64,000 bases of DNA from Phoronis australis (taxonomy: Eukaryota > Animalia > Phoronida): NCBI GenBank assembly GCA_002633005.1, contig NMRA01000037.1:1378577-1442576 (forward strand). Direction: 5' to 3'. Positions 23,521-37,791 of this stretch are shown here, one piece after another. The notes under the pieces were generated by a model. It ran no database searches, had not been told where the DNA came from, and saw nothing but the letters and a program-made list of their open reading frames with translations. Position 1 is the first letter of the stretch, and each line of letters starts with the position of its first letter. The translations under genes and the position numbers were made by a program.

Positions 23521-26429
23521 GGCAAAACAAGCCTACGAAAATGATTGCACACGACACACCACTTTATATTTATCACACTGGTTCGCAACTGAGTGTGTGC
23601 TTTGCTGGTTTACCGTCAAGGGACATCCCGGTTATGTCAAAGTACAGCAAATTATACTGCGGGGCAGCACTGAAAAGGTTGGGCTGACAGCCCCAGCCCC
23701 CTGTGGTGCACCGCCCGTAGACCATGGTCGGTGCGGCATTGAAAAAAGTGGGGCTATAGACCCCCTGGATGTAAAGGTATTTATGATGCTTTGAATAAGA
23801 ATTGTCTGTGGCCTGCTGCTCAGAAGTTTAAAAAGGATACAGTTTTGACCCGTGTATGTGAAGGAAGTTGTACAAAATTTTTAAAATAGTTAAGAAAAAC
23901 ACTATGGTGGAACGGTGAAATTTGACGCAAGTTGAAATTCTGAGTCTAACAACGCAGTGAGCTTTTGAAATTTTGTTGTAACGAATATATCGTATTTACA
24001 AGTGGAAAAAATAATTCTTTTGTCAGATATCCAATAAACTATTTTGAGTCGCGCACATATTTTGACTGGCAGTTCGCGCAAGGGAAACAAAGTTGTGGAT
24101 TCCCAGTCACCACCAGTTTTTTGTTTTGTGTCGCCATGAAGAAAAGGCCCTCTAGAAGATGAAGAAATGTCCCCTCCCCATAAAAATGGACCAAAAACAA
24201 CGAAAAACAGGCCTTTAGTGGCCAATGTAGTCGTACAGCGAAACCTGCCCTCGCCACAAATTCTCACAGCCACCACCGCAGACACCACCAAGTGTTGTCC
24301 TCCCATTGCACCACCTAGTGTGGCCGAATGTCAGTCCCGGCATTAGCCTGTTTTCCGGAGGATCAGTGAGAATCCTGTTAGACCAAAGATTTTGCAGTTA
24401 CCTAAAATGTCCGACTTATGACCTAAATACGTCACAGCGTTACAAGTAGCGCCACCTTTTGAGAGGAGCTCAAATACAGCATAATAACAGGGATGACTTT
24501 AATGCCAGTGTGTCCTCTGGTGCTTACAAAACACTTTGTTTCGCTTGCCTAAAGATAAGGAGGGGTAAGTGTATATTCATTATATATTCCATCACATTAC
24601 TACTGGCAAGTGCTGATCGGAGAACAGGAGTCAGTACTGCAGCAGAATAATAATAGTTGCAGGCCTACATATAGGGATAGTAGTTGACAATACTGAGGCC
24701 CACAGCCGATGGTCGTATCGGAGACTCATTCGGTAGTGGCTGCATATCTTCTTCCAGGAATGTTCTAACAAAATTGAAGTGGAGTTGTATCAGCTGTGTT
24801 TGGTTAAAGAAGACTAGTTTGTGTGTAGTCTACAGTTCAGGTTACTGGATCAGACCCATTGTCCTGATCAGCTGGCCTTGTTTACTGTGTGAAAACTGGG
24901 GTGAAATAGCACTTACATGGCCAGGTTTAGTGGAGAATGTTTGCAAGCTTGCACAATCTAATGATGTTTTTTGTGGCGTGTATGCTATTTCTCAGTATAT
25001 GGTTCAATTTTAGTTGTTCGAGTTGGGTGCAGAGTATGCATAGATCTGACCTTGCAGGGAAATTCTTAGAAGAGCTACATAACCTCCGATTTTGTAGTCG
25101 CCATATCCAAGAGGAACGTAAATTCACTTATCAAATAAAATAAGAAACTGTTGTTTTAGTGTAAACAGTCTGATTTTATGTGTTAGTATCAACTTCCCAG
25201 GCACTACTCTGCATTATCACAGGATACGCGTGCCTCATGCTATCTTGCTGAAGAATATGTACCCTAAACAGGGATTAATGAGTCAACTTCTTTCTCAGAA
25301 CTGTAAACAAACCTTATTGTTTGATGCCGCTTGTTTGCCATGTCCGCATACAGGGGGCTCTGGAGCTCGATCGAGCAACCCCTATTTGGCGTAGTGGGCA
25401 GAAAGGTTTGCCCCAGATAAACAAAAACTCCGAAAAAAGTAGAAAATAAGACAAAAGCCCACTTTCACCAATCTTTTCTGTGTTATGGGTACACATTCTC
25501 AAAAATTCGAGACCCCCATTTTAGGATGGGTGCGCTTGCATGTACTTGTTAAACTCCACAACCTATCAGAATGTGTATGTGTTTCATACTAACTACTTGT
25601 GGAAAGTGGTCTCATTTTTGTCTGGCAACTTTAACGGAATTCACTCACCTGATATGTGCCCATGCCACTATCTAAGTCCAGTAGACATAGTTGAGATCTC
25701 CAAATGAGTACAGGTGTTGACATAGCCTTTGGCCTACAATATTTCTGTCGTCTGGCTTGACCGAGTGGTGGTAATTTAAACAATTAAAAAGGTGTCTAAG
25801 TTTCCGGATTTCGTGTTTGAAAAATTGAAATGTTGTGCGTTTTTTGTGGTCGTCTGCAATTCTGGTAGTCTATCGAGTTCCAAAGTTAGGGAGCTAAAAA
25901 TTTAAAACTGTGCAGGCCATATTTTGACTTTTGTAGTGTTGACATTGTCATTGCAATTGGAATGCGAAGACTAATTTAAAATGCATTCCAAAATAAGATG
26001 AGGCATTTCTCACATGGAACATTGCATTCTCACATGTGACATTTGAATGTTCCATGGAAGATTTTTCAGTTGTGCCATGTTACAAATAGAAATAGAACGT
26101 GGCATAAACACTACATTTTTTGACATGGGTTTTTCATAGCAAAAAGGTACAATGAATTTCAAGAGATTTTTGCATTTAGCTGCAGTTAATATAAAATTAT
26201 TGTTTTATAAAACGGATTACTGTTTTAAACAGTTAAGTATGATGCCTAATTATCAATAGATAATGTTTAAAACCCTAAGGTCACTGATAACCAAATTACC
26301 AACAAACGACAACATAAAGAGTCAACACAAATATATCACATTTTTGCTTTACTTTTGTAATGGTGGTTGACTTTTGCTAATTAATTTGCATTAAAAATTC
26401 CATTTTTGGGAAAGGGTGACATCAAAACA

Positions 26430-29400
26430 TTTTGATCATAGATCATGAACTGCTTCAGGCAGAACTGTGAAATTATAAAGATAAAAAAGTAAGTTAAAGT
26501 ATGTAATTGGAATATTCTGCACTTTTAGTAACAGGCCCCACCTCTTATGACATATTGCACCAATAACACTGGTCTGTTTCAAATAATTCATCATTTTCAA
26601 AAAGTCACATGGGAGGAATTTCAAGAAACATTCCATGGCACTTTTGATTTTAGAACATTAAACACCCTTTAAACCCTCTGAGATCATGCATTTATTGATC
26701 AAGAATATTAGATTCATAATATTGATTCCAATTTTGAGTATTTTTATTATAAAAAATGCGAAAATCTGTTTTGAGCCTCTCTAATACTCAAACTTGAACA
26801 ATCAGCTTAAAGATTGTTCATGTACAACCTTTGGACAGTTCTCAGGTGAACACAAAATAAAAAATATAAAAACAGATGCATGTAATTGATACACTGTTCA
26901 GTTTGAGGGTGCACACTATATCAAATACTCTGATCTGTATGAATTTTTTTTACTTAAAAATGTTCCATGTGATGTTTTCCTAATATTATTCCATTCACCT
27001 TTTGATTTTAGAACATTAAACACCTTTTAAACCCTCCGAGTTCATCCATTTCTCAATCATGAATATCAAATTCGTGACATTGATCCCAATTTTGAGTACC
27101 TTATTATAAAAATTGCTAAAATCTATTTTGAGCATCCCTAATAACCACACTCAAACTTGCACAATCAGCGTATGATTGTTCATATACAACCTTTGGACAG
27201 TTGTCTGGTGAACGCAAAATGAAGACATAAAAATAGATGAGTGTAATTGATACTTTGTGCAGTTTGAGGGTGCACATTGTATCAAGTACACTCATCTGTT
27301 TGAAATATTTTTTAAGTCAAAATGTTCCATGTGGTGTTTTTCTAATATTATTCCATGGAACTTTTATCTTATATGACTGGATAGCATTATTTTCAGCAAA
27401 ACAGTTCACCCATTTATCTTGAAACTCACAATTACTATTACTTCTTACCTATCCCTAACATGGTTGTCATGGAAATCTAATTTGAAAGAATGAAACATAA
27501 AGCTGGCATGAATTACTGAGTAGATGTACCTGCTTGGCACATTCAATTCTTCTGACTTGTGATGTAACATTTTCTATGTTCAGTAACTTGAAATTTTTTT
27601 GTGTTTTTGTTCATCTATTAATATAATGAAGATTTTGGATACCTGTGTGGAACATCTTTTGTAATTATACAGATATTGACTCTACGAGTTCTTGCTTACT
27701 GATTATTGTGTTAGGGTGTGAAACTCACTGCCATCGCAAATACAGTAGATTAAAGTACATAGAATGGACAGATTATATAATTTGCACATTGTGTCCTTTC
27801 ATACGACAAATATATATGTATTAATTTTAAGACATAGTGTACCAATTCAACTTACCCATGTAATATATTTTCCATTTTCTATAAGTCACATGATGAATTT
27901 CGTTAATTATTCCATGGCACGTTTGATATTAGAACATTCAAGACCGTACATCAACAGCGAGGTTACCCATTCAATTGTTTTAATTGTCACATTTGTGGCA
28001 TTGACATCTGAGTCAGTATATCTTTATTTTGAAGATCATGAAACACCATTTAAACATCTTTTACAATTACACTCAAACTCAAACTTAAATTCAGTGGCAT
28101 ACGTAACCTTATTGAGTGACTTAAAACTTTTGCATAGCTGTCATGTGAAAGTAAGATAAACGCGCATGAAGCAGACTAGTGTAGTTGGCAACATGGTATA
28201 AATTGAATGAAAAGTGCCACTTCCTGTGACACATTGCACAAATTATAGTTGCCTGCTTCAAATAATTCTTCATTTTCAAAAAGTCACATGTGAGGAATTT
28301 GATGAAGCATTCCATGGCATTTTTTATTTTAGAACATTCGACATCCTTGAACCCGCCGAGAGCATCTATTTATTGGTCATGAATGTTACATTCATAAATG
28401 TTACATTCACGACAATTTTGATTATTTTTGTTATAAAGTTATGAAAATCTTCTTTGAGCATTCCTAATAATCATACTAAAACTTGCACAATCAGCGCATT
28501 GTTCATGTAAAACCTTTGGACAGTTGTAAGGTAAATGCAAAATAAAAATATTAAAACAGACGAGTGTAATTGATACACTCTATCAAGTACAATCATCTGT
28601 TTGAAATATTTTTAACGTAGAAATGTTCCATGTCATGTTTTCCTGATATTATTCCATGGAATTTTAAACTTAGATGACTAGATGACCTTGTTTCCAGCAA
28701 AACAGTTCATTCATTTTTCGTGGCAGTCACAATTACTAGTCTTAACTAACCCTAACATAATTGTCACGGACAACTATTTTGAAAGAATAAAACATAAATT
28801 TTGTATTAAATTTCTGAGGACTAGTACCTGCTTAGCAGATTCAGTAACATTTTCTGTGTTTAGTACCTTAAGTACCTTAACGCTTTTTCCAGTATGTTTG
28901 TTGATTTATTCTAAACAGAATGAAGATTTTGGATAACTGTCTTTATATCTTTAGTAGTTATACTGATATTGACTCCACGAGAGTTTGCTTACTGATTCTT
29001 GAGTCAGAAAGTAAAACTGCCATTGCAGTATATGTAATAACCCGAGTACAATTGGCACATTGTGTCCTTTAAACGAGAAAATGTATGCATGATGTTAAGA
29101 GATAATGTACGAATTAGACTCATCTATCTAATATATTCTTCAATAATCTATAAAAGCCAGATGTTGAGTTTTATAAATTATTCCATGTCACTTTTGATCT
29201 TAGAAGATTGAAGACCATACATCAACAGCGAAGCTATCCATTCAATTATCTTAACTGTCACAATCATGACATTAACCTCAGATCTTGTGTATATTTATGA
29301 TGAAGATCATGGAAAACCATTTGAACATATTCTACAATTTAACTCAAATTCAATGTCGTAGGTAAATTTATTGAGTGATGTGCTGTAAAACTTTTGCATA

Positions 29401-30598
29401 GTTATCATGTTAAGTTTAGAGAAACGTATGATGAAAATGACTAAGCATAGTTGACAATATTGTTTAGATTGAATGAAAAGTTCCACTTCTGATGACATAT
29501 TGCACCAATCGCGCTTGTCCGTTTGAAATTGTTCATTTTATAAAATTCACGTGTAAGGAATTTCATACAACATGCCATGACATTTTTGAATCTCGAACAT
29601 AACATTTAACTCCCTGCGAGATGTTCAATGATGCGATGACAGTTGTCAAGTAAAAGCAAGATAAGACTAAAAATCAAATGAGTGTAATTATAGGAAAAAT
29701 GTGCAATTTGAGGGTGCACATTGAAATATTTTTTGTTTAAAAATGTTCCATGAAATGTTTTCCTGTTATTATTCCATGGAACTCTAAACTGAGATGACTG
29801 GAGAACCTTCCTTCCAGGATAACTGTCTATCCATTTGATACACTGCGCAAATTACACTTGTCTGTTTAAAATATTTCGATTTAAAAAGTTTTTCCCAAAT
29901 TTCTTAAAACATTCCATGGCATTTTTGATACATAAACATGAGAGACCCCTTATCCCCTGTGAGATCATCCATTTATTCGTTGTCAATGTTACTTCATGCC
30001 GTTGATCCCAGGTTTGATTGTTTTTATTATGAAGATCACGAAAACCTATTTTGTGCATCCGGAATGACCATATGCAAACTTGCTCAATCAACGCATGCTT
30101 ATAAATTGATATTATGTAAAATTTTAAGACGATTGGCATAAAAAAGCAATTTAACAGATGAGTGTAATTGCTAAGTTGTGTAATTTTAGAATGGACATTG
30201 TATCACTTACACTCGTCTCTTTGAATTGTATTTTAACAAAAAGTTGTTCCATGTGTTGTTTTCCGGATATGATCCCATGAAACTTTAAACTTAGATGACC
30301 GAAGAACCTTGTTTTCAGTAAAACTGTAAATCCATTTGTATTGACAGCCACGATTACTATTCTTACCTATTCCTTACATGATTTTCTTGGAAAACTATGT
30401 TGAAAGAGTGAACCTTTAAGTTCCACCTAACCACAGAGTAGAAATACTTGCTTGGAAGATTCATTTTGTGTAAACTGTGAAATGACATATTCAGTGTTCA
30501 GTACGTAAACACTTTTCAAGTTTCAGTATTTGTTTGACGTATTCATGATATAGTGAACATTTTGGATAACTGTTTGGAATGCCTTTCATATTTATACT
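26430..30598. repeat. ~4-kb diverged hierarchical tandem repeat (~350-bp subunits, ~1.3-kb higher-order unit)
   Basis: Recurring blocks AAATGTTCCATG-n-ATTATTCCATGGAA (26958, 27319, 28621, 29741, ~30241) and TTCCATG(G/A)CA-TTTT (26631, 28310, ~29575, 29912). 27300-28240 recurs at 28600-29500. Confidence 0.85.
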
Positions 30599-33500
30599 GG
30601 CACAACTGGGCATATTCTGTGAAAATGCGTCTGTGTACCTACGGGTTTGGAGATGTATGGTTATACGGACCGGGTACTTTAGATTTATTCGTATCAGAAT
30701 TTCGTCAGAGACTAATTGACGGTGACGTTTAAAATTCTGTAATTAATAATTCTTCTAAATATCAATTTCATTGTACTTTCAAAAGAACTAAAATGTGAAA
30801 AATGTTTGTACTTTTTAGATCCCTGTCCGAGGAAAATTCTTTATATTGAAAAAGGGCGGCACGCAGGTCAACCGGGTGTGAGAACTTGTGGCATGTGCCA
30901 TACTGGTTAAGTTGACAACGAGCTTCAGCCTTCATTTTATGTGTCACTGCCCTGTCCTTGGTGATGTGCGCTGAAATTCGCTGACGAATATGACAGATGA
31001 CCATGATCTTTGAGAACTAAGAAAGAAGAATGGCCCTCTTTACTTCAAGACCACCAGTGCATTGTAAAGTTGAAATGTAAACTGTATTATGAGGTCAAAG
31101 CTTGAATACAATAAAAATGCAATAAAACAATTCTGATTTTTGTAGCCGTACAGTGGGTGAGGATACTCTTTATCTTCACTTAATTATAACCTGTACAGTT
31201 TCTGATATTTAGCAGTAGGTAAAACTATAACTCAAATTATTTTGAAAAAAAAACATTTATACCACAATTTTTATTTGTAGAAATTAGGTAGGATCAGTTA
31301 TGCTGGAGAATTTAAACATCAAATTTTCAAAATGTATGCCTTTTGTTAAATTGCTATTTTGTTTATAATTGGTAATAACTTCAACAAATAAGGCAAAATG
31401 ATGGCCCTGGTAAAAAAATTACCCTGTCTCAAACTCGTTTCTATCGGAAATTAATCTATAGTGGAGCCGTTTTTCACAGTTCAGGATGTTGGTTTAGTAT
31501 GTATTATCTTAACCTATTTTGTAAAATACCTATTCAATGTTGAAATGTTTAAAATTAAGTCCTATTTCATTGTATCAAATGGTTTGGAAAAGTCTAAAAA
31601 TAAAATTCGACCGTGAACATTAGTAATGCTTGTATATGGATTAATACTCTGATTGATTAATATATTATAACATATATATATCGCTGTGACTTTTTGCAGC
31701 TGCTATGCCTGGCCCATGATACATGTGTCATACTGAACAATCTGCGAAGCAATGTCTCATCTTGCTGAACGGTATTGGGTCTAAAGAAGCTAGGAGACTC
31801 TCTAAACTTTACAATAATCAGTCTATTGTTAGATTATTCTCTTCAAAAGTCACGAATATGTAGAAATTCTTTCAAACTCCAACAATCAATTCCAAGTAGA
31901 AGCAGTTGCTAGGGGCAAACTGAGCACTCAGCAAGTTCTTGAAAATGCCTTGTTATTTTGTTTGGTTGTTTTTGATTCTCATTTTGATTCTTTTTATACA
32001 AATTTGATTATTTATTGTGCAAATTTTGCCTGTCCTTTGCATATGACGAATGGTAATTAATGTATAAGCATAAGTTTGTGAAGTACGTCGCATCTCCCGC
32101 AGCCTACTCGGCTACTGAGGTCAGCCCTGACTCATCACGGGGGCACGTCAAATTTCAGTAACTGTACCAGTTTAGGTAATAAACTAGAGGAATATTCTTT
32201 CCAGATCAGAAAATGTCTTTCTTTATTGCGTAACCGTGAAGATGATGCAAAGTACCAGCCTGGAGACAGTGATCAATTGCCGTGTGACTACCCGAACGTG
32301 TGAGCGCATATCTGCGTATTGCTTTATTGGCACCGAGCAAACGACATTGGATTTACTGGCCATTAAATGTGAAATAAGAAAAAACATCCACACACGGCGA
32401 TGTTTCAACAAACAAAAACATGTTTCATCTCAAAACAGTGAGCTCCATACCTCAATTGCAATAACGCCAATTGCAATAACGCTAACCAATGCTTGATTTT
32501 GCTACCCGGACACAGTAACCGGCGAAGTACATGTAATTCCCTTGGAGTTGCCGTGTATTTGAGTATAATAATTGTATATAGATTTTTGTATGTGTTTAAC
32601 CCAGATGTATATGTATTGTACTGAATAACAAACAAAAAATCTTCGCGGGCAAAATAATCACTTGCTAAAGTTACTTTGATTTTCAATTATTAGGGAAAAT
32701 ATATTTTAAAACGCAAACATGGCGGTGTAGTAAATTGTGGTCAGTGAGCAGACTGGAAAATATTGCTGTGTTAGGAGCAATACGCAGTATTTTTTAATCT
32801 CTTTGTTTCATGAATTTCACCCATTGGAGAACCGGGCAGCTAGTCATTTGTTTTTCTGCTGATGAGCATCGACTCCAGCCGTACACTTGAATCTAGACTT
32901 GGTTGTTTGAGTGACGGCCCATAAACCACGATAGCTTATTTACTAATACACGCAGGACTTCATCTCTGGTGGCCGCCGACTTCCTGAATACACCTTTTAC
33001 ATGCCTGTCCCGTACCGTATTGCCTGGTATATACATGTAAGTCCATGACTTTCAGTAGTAGAGTACCGGCTTATACCCGAACATAAGACCATAGCCGTAT
33101 AGTCCGGGTCATTTGTCATCAAAGCAAAGAATTAATTCAAATGTAAGATGTTTGCTGTATTCTTTACTGAACATCTTTATGGAGTGCATTTTGCCGCAAG
33201 CACTCTTTTATGATCATAGGCATTAACATTTTAGTCATCACTTAGGCCTATTTGCTTAAGTCTAGAAAATGTTAAATTTTCCACCAACCTACACAACCTA
33301 GAACCACCAACCACTGAGAAACCTGACTGTATTTTATTGACAAATCCGACTACGTCTTATTTAAAAGCCGCCACAGTAGTTTTTTATATTATCAATAGAC
33401 GTCGGTAATTTAAGGTGACTGCCATTCCCAGGGCTTACGGGAAGACGCCTTCAGTTACTAAACAAGTGGGGTGAGGTACCTTATATGATATGAACGTTTA

Positions 33501-35946
33501 ACAGGTATGCACGTTTTATTCTATGGTGGCAGCGATATTGATATTTTTAAATGGCCTCACGGAGCGTCTTGTTTTAACTAAAAAAAGCTCCGTGACCTTA
33601 ATAAGGACTCTTGTCTACGATTTCCCCCTCTCTCTCACTCTTTTTCTCTCTGTCTCTCTTGGTGTAAGCAGTAGGTCACCGCATTGAATGACAAGTCCTA
33701 GACGTAGGCTGCCTGACTGTCAGTATGGATCTGATTGGATTCATGTTCGTGCTCGTGACTTTATTTCGCAACCTATGGAGCTCGGGACTTGGACATCAGT
33801 CTTTCAGTCACAGTGGATTGTCTGAATACGTACTCCCGATTAATTCGAACTTCAGGGACAGTCAACAGAAGCCTAGTGCAAAACAGTTTAGTAAATTACG
33901 ACCCCGATGTCTAAATTTTATAGGGTTTTACATGCAGGCCGGCGCACCATAGGGGGCTGGGGGTATAGCCCCCCACTTTTGTCAGTGCTAGGCCGCACGT
34001 GGTCTATAGGCGGTGCACCACAGTGCTGCGCCGCCCATGTTTTGCTTCCGACCATAAATGTCAGTACTCAGAGCCAGCACTCAACTGAGGGAAAAGGTGC
34101 ATGTGCCTTCTAAAAAGGGAATTTTGGTGGCTAAATTTTAGCTAGTGGGACCTAGCGTTACATAATGGAACGCACACCCGGCACTGCGCTTAACACGTGC
34201 TAACAAATGTGGCTTTTATCGAAACTCCCATCACAGTTGCGATGCCCCCCGGTTTTCATCACCCGCAGACTCACGCGCTTATTAGACCGCCATGCGAAAC
34301 AATGCGAAAGGACTCTTTACACTACTTTGTAGGTCAGAGCAAAATGAAAAAAAATACGTAAAAAAACTTTTACAATCATGGTTCATGCAATCCTTCATAC
34401 CAATATGTTACAATAACGTAATTGAACAGTTCTGTATGAGCAGCAATTGGTAATAAAGAATCATAATATCTAACATGAATATTTTTGTTAGAGAAAAGGG
34501 AGTAAGGAAAGCCTTCAGGTAATGTCTGTTTTTATTGTTTTAGAATCACAGATCCGAAACGGGGGTCGTTGCCAGGGAGGCCCGTTCACAGGGACTCCTT
34601 TGCACGTAAGTAAATGAATTTCACTTAGTTATGTTACTTTGTGTATTTTTGTGTCAAAATGTGAACTCAAATCCATGCCTGCAAAAATGTTCTTGAGGAG
34701 CTATTCTGTAATACCTTCAAAGGTGGAACAGTGAATTTGCCCAAGGAAACACTGCACTTGCGAACGCGAGATAAATTTTTTTAGGGTTACAAATGTCAAT
34801 TGCCAACATTGGTCTAACAAAGGAGTTAAAAATTAAGTGAAATTCAACTTCAGAGCTCTGTCAAGTAAATTGTTCATTGGCGGATGACCTCTTGACCTTA
34901 GAATAGATTTGTTGAGTCCATTTAATGTCAATCTTACATCTCTGAAATGATGAAGAAGAGTTTTTCTCCCTGATGTGTTCTGAAAATGTGAGACAAAGAT
35001 TTGCGATTGATTACTAGGATTTGCATTTAATTTTAGAAAAAGGGGTAATATCTTTGCGTCCAAAAGTAATGCTCTCAGCAATAGCTTTTATCTTTATTAT
35101 CTCATAGTGGCCTCTAACGTGACACTGATTTTGCTTTTCATCTAGTGTATGTACTTTCGAAAAGAGACATTAATAAAGTTTTTCTTACTTTATCTGGGTC
35201 CGGAGTACAATATTTGCAATCAAACTCGACGTTGTTTAGTTGGCATTTCCCTTCTACTTTTGTGCTAACTCAAGATAAGTGCCTATTTTTCCCTGTCTGA
35301 GTACATTGTAGTTTAAGCATATGAATTTCTAATTTAATTTCGCACTTGATGACCCCGAGATTGGAACTAAGACTCGAAAAAATAATTTCGAGTGCGATTT
35401 CGAATAAGATTAGACCCCGGGCACCAGTCACGGTTCGAGGTAACCCCCACACCCAAGAATGCAAACACGGGCAGTCGTGGAGTTGTGACGGGACAAGGTG
35501 AACGCTTATAAATAATTTTAAAAAGAAAGTATTGAAGAACTTTTGAGGATCCAAAAAGAAACACGACCCCCTGTTTACGGTGAACTGACCAATTGTGTCC
35601 TCCTCAAGATCTTCTCGTAACAAATAAAGATGTCTTTCGTCATTTTAGAATATTTCAATCCTTTGGTCGTCTTTAAATGTTTCTAAATGACATGCAGCAA
35701 TTCTCCGATCAGTCGTGCGATTGTTCTGTTTCCCAAAGAGCTCCATCTGGTGAGCAGCCAAACATAAACCCAATGGATGTGTAATGAGGAAACTCCTCTT
35801 CTAAATTTCTAGTCCTTCACGTACGATTGAATAAAACTCCCAGGAAGGAAGGAATCGAAATTAAAATCATTTCGTAATTAAGATTCAACTTGTGCTGTTG
35901 ATGAAAACTATATTCCATAACAGAGAGTTGTATAGCAGGTGCTGCC
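30599..35946 (+). repeat. Segmental duplication unit B (upstream flank of TRIM copy 2)
   Basis: Collinear with 4458-8179, 10436-12230 and 14800-14939. Starts inside the old LINE fragment. Confidence 0.92.
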
Positions 35947-37790
35947 ATGGCTTCAAAACACTTAGAAGACATCAAAGAAGGCTTATCGTGCTCCATTTGT
36001 TTTAACCTTTTCAACAGACCGAAGGCACTACCGTGTTTGCACACATTTTGCGAGAAATGCATTAGTGATCATGTAGCCAATACGAAGAAAAGCGAATCCT
36101 TTCGATGTCCTCTCTGCAACCAAACCACTTCAGTTCCGGCTAATGGGGTTGCAGGCCTCAAAGACAACTTCTTCATCAACGGCCTGGTTGATTGTATTCC
36201 TGCGGAGGATAATGTGATGTGTGACCTTTGTGCTATAATGTCTCGAGAAAGTTTGGCTACTTTCAAATGTATTCAGTGCTTGGACAATCTGTGCTCTACG
36301 TGTGCTGCAGGACACACTAAAACGAGGCAAACCATAAGCCATAAAGTTGTGGAGTTGGGGGAAGTAAAAGCGGGAAAATACTTCGAAGAGATGCGCTCTT
36401 GTCGAAAGCAAATGTGCAAAATTCACAAGACCAATGAGTTGGAAATGTTCTGTGAACAGTGTGGCGTACCCATATGTGTTTTGTGCAAGGCGTTTGAGCA
36501 CGACAATCACAAGGTCACAAATCCAGACTCCGCAGTACTTCGTTTTGATGACGATATTCGTAAGTTACTTGGGGATGTCTTGCCAGTTTTAGAGTTTTTC
36601 GAGTCATGCGCAGCTAAGTTAAAGCAGCAAGGTTCCATTATAGAAAGTGAAACGAAAAGAGCTACTCAGTCAATCAAAGAGCATTTTCAGAATGTTCGAC
36701 AGTCGATAAACAAAGAAGAAGCTCAGCTAGTGAGTGCTGTTAAGAACAAATGCAAAACCCTGTCCAATGAGACCAGTGAAAAACTTAAAGGAATCGAGCA
36801 CAAAATTAAAAATTTGAAGTCGTCTATTGCTTACTCTCAGTACTTACAAGAGTCTGGGGAAACCATCGAGAAATTACAACAATACAAAGACCTTTTAAAG
36901 CAACTAGGTCACTTCACGGAACGGAATTTTACATGTCTCTTCTATAAAAAGCCCATTTATGCCTTGAAACGTGACATAGTTCCGCATGATTTTAAGTGCA
37001 TGACTTTGCAGTTCTCGGAAAACACGAAACTGGAACTTCCAACAAGGGGTCCCGCAAGAAAAGAACCCTGTCCTGAAACAAGACCTGGAGCAACTTCAAA
37101 GCTCTTTAAAATGAAGAGCGAATTGCAGCTGAACTCGATGCCACATTGCCCAACACCACCGAGCACATCTTTGAATAATACATGTATGTTGTCGAGTGAG
37201 CAGCAATGGAGGAGTTGTTCTGATCTCTCAAAGAGAGTTGTGCAACACACATTGACCAAGATATTGCAAAAGGCTAAACCATTGACCTCTTATGACACGA
37301 AATTGGAGGGTGATAGTGACCAAGGGTGTTGTGATCTTCAGTTTAACCGTCTCCGCAATTCGTACTTGATAATTGACAGAGAAAATGCCAGAATGAAAGA
37401 ATTTGATGACAACGGCAGGTTTCAGCGATCTATTGACAACTTTAGTGACCCTATGGGTATAACGTGCACCGAAGGTGGTCTCATTATGATCGCGAATGGC
37501 TCCCCAGGTATTGCAGTTTACAGAAGTAACTTAACAGAAGAGAGGACTCTCGAGAATAAAATGGTTTTCTTCGGTATTGATTGCGATGACCAGAGAATCG
37601 TTACAGCCGGGGGATCTAAGCTTGTCATCAAGAATATGAAGGGAGATACAAAGAAAATTGTTGACAAGAATTCTCTCGGTTTGAGCTCATTCAGGCCATT
37701 TTATGTTGCCCTGGCACCAAATGGCAACATTATTTGCACCGACGGCATGAAGAAAAAGTTGTATGTTTTAGATCGAAATGGTGCCTCTGT
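35947..37790 (+). CDS. TRIM-NHL E3 ligase, copy 2 (3'-truncated at assembly gap)
   Basis: Same domain order as copy 1, open up to the N at 37791. The last ~95 codons are missing; the ORF-track tail PFNVNLTSLK comes from the next contig. Confidence 0.9.
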
Positions 37791-37791
37791 N
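37791..37791. other. Single-N assembly gap
   Basis: n in the sequence; the following bases restart at the homolog of 34918. Confidence 0.95.

Noticed and set aside
23899-24320. Possible CACTA/Transib element (CACTATGGTGG...CCACCTAGTG)
   Set aside because: The TIR match is poor and there is no TSD.
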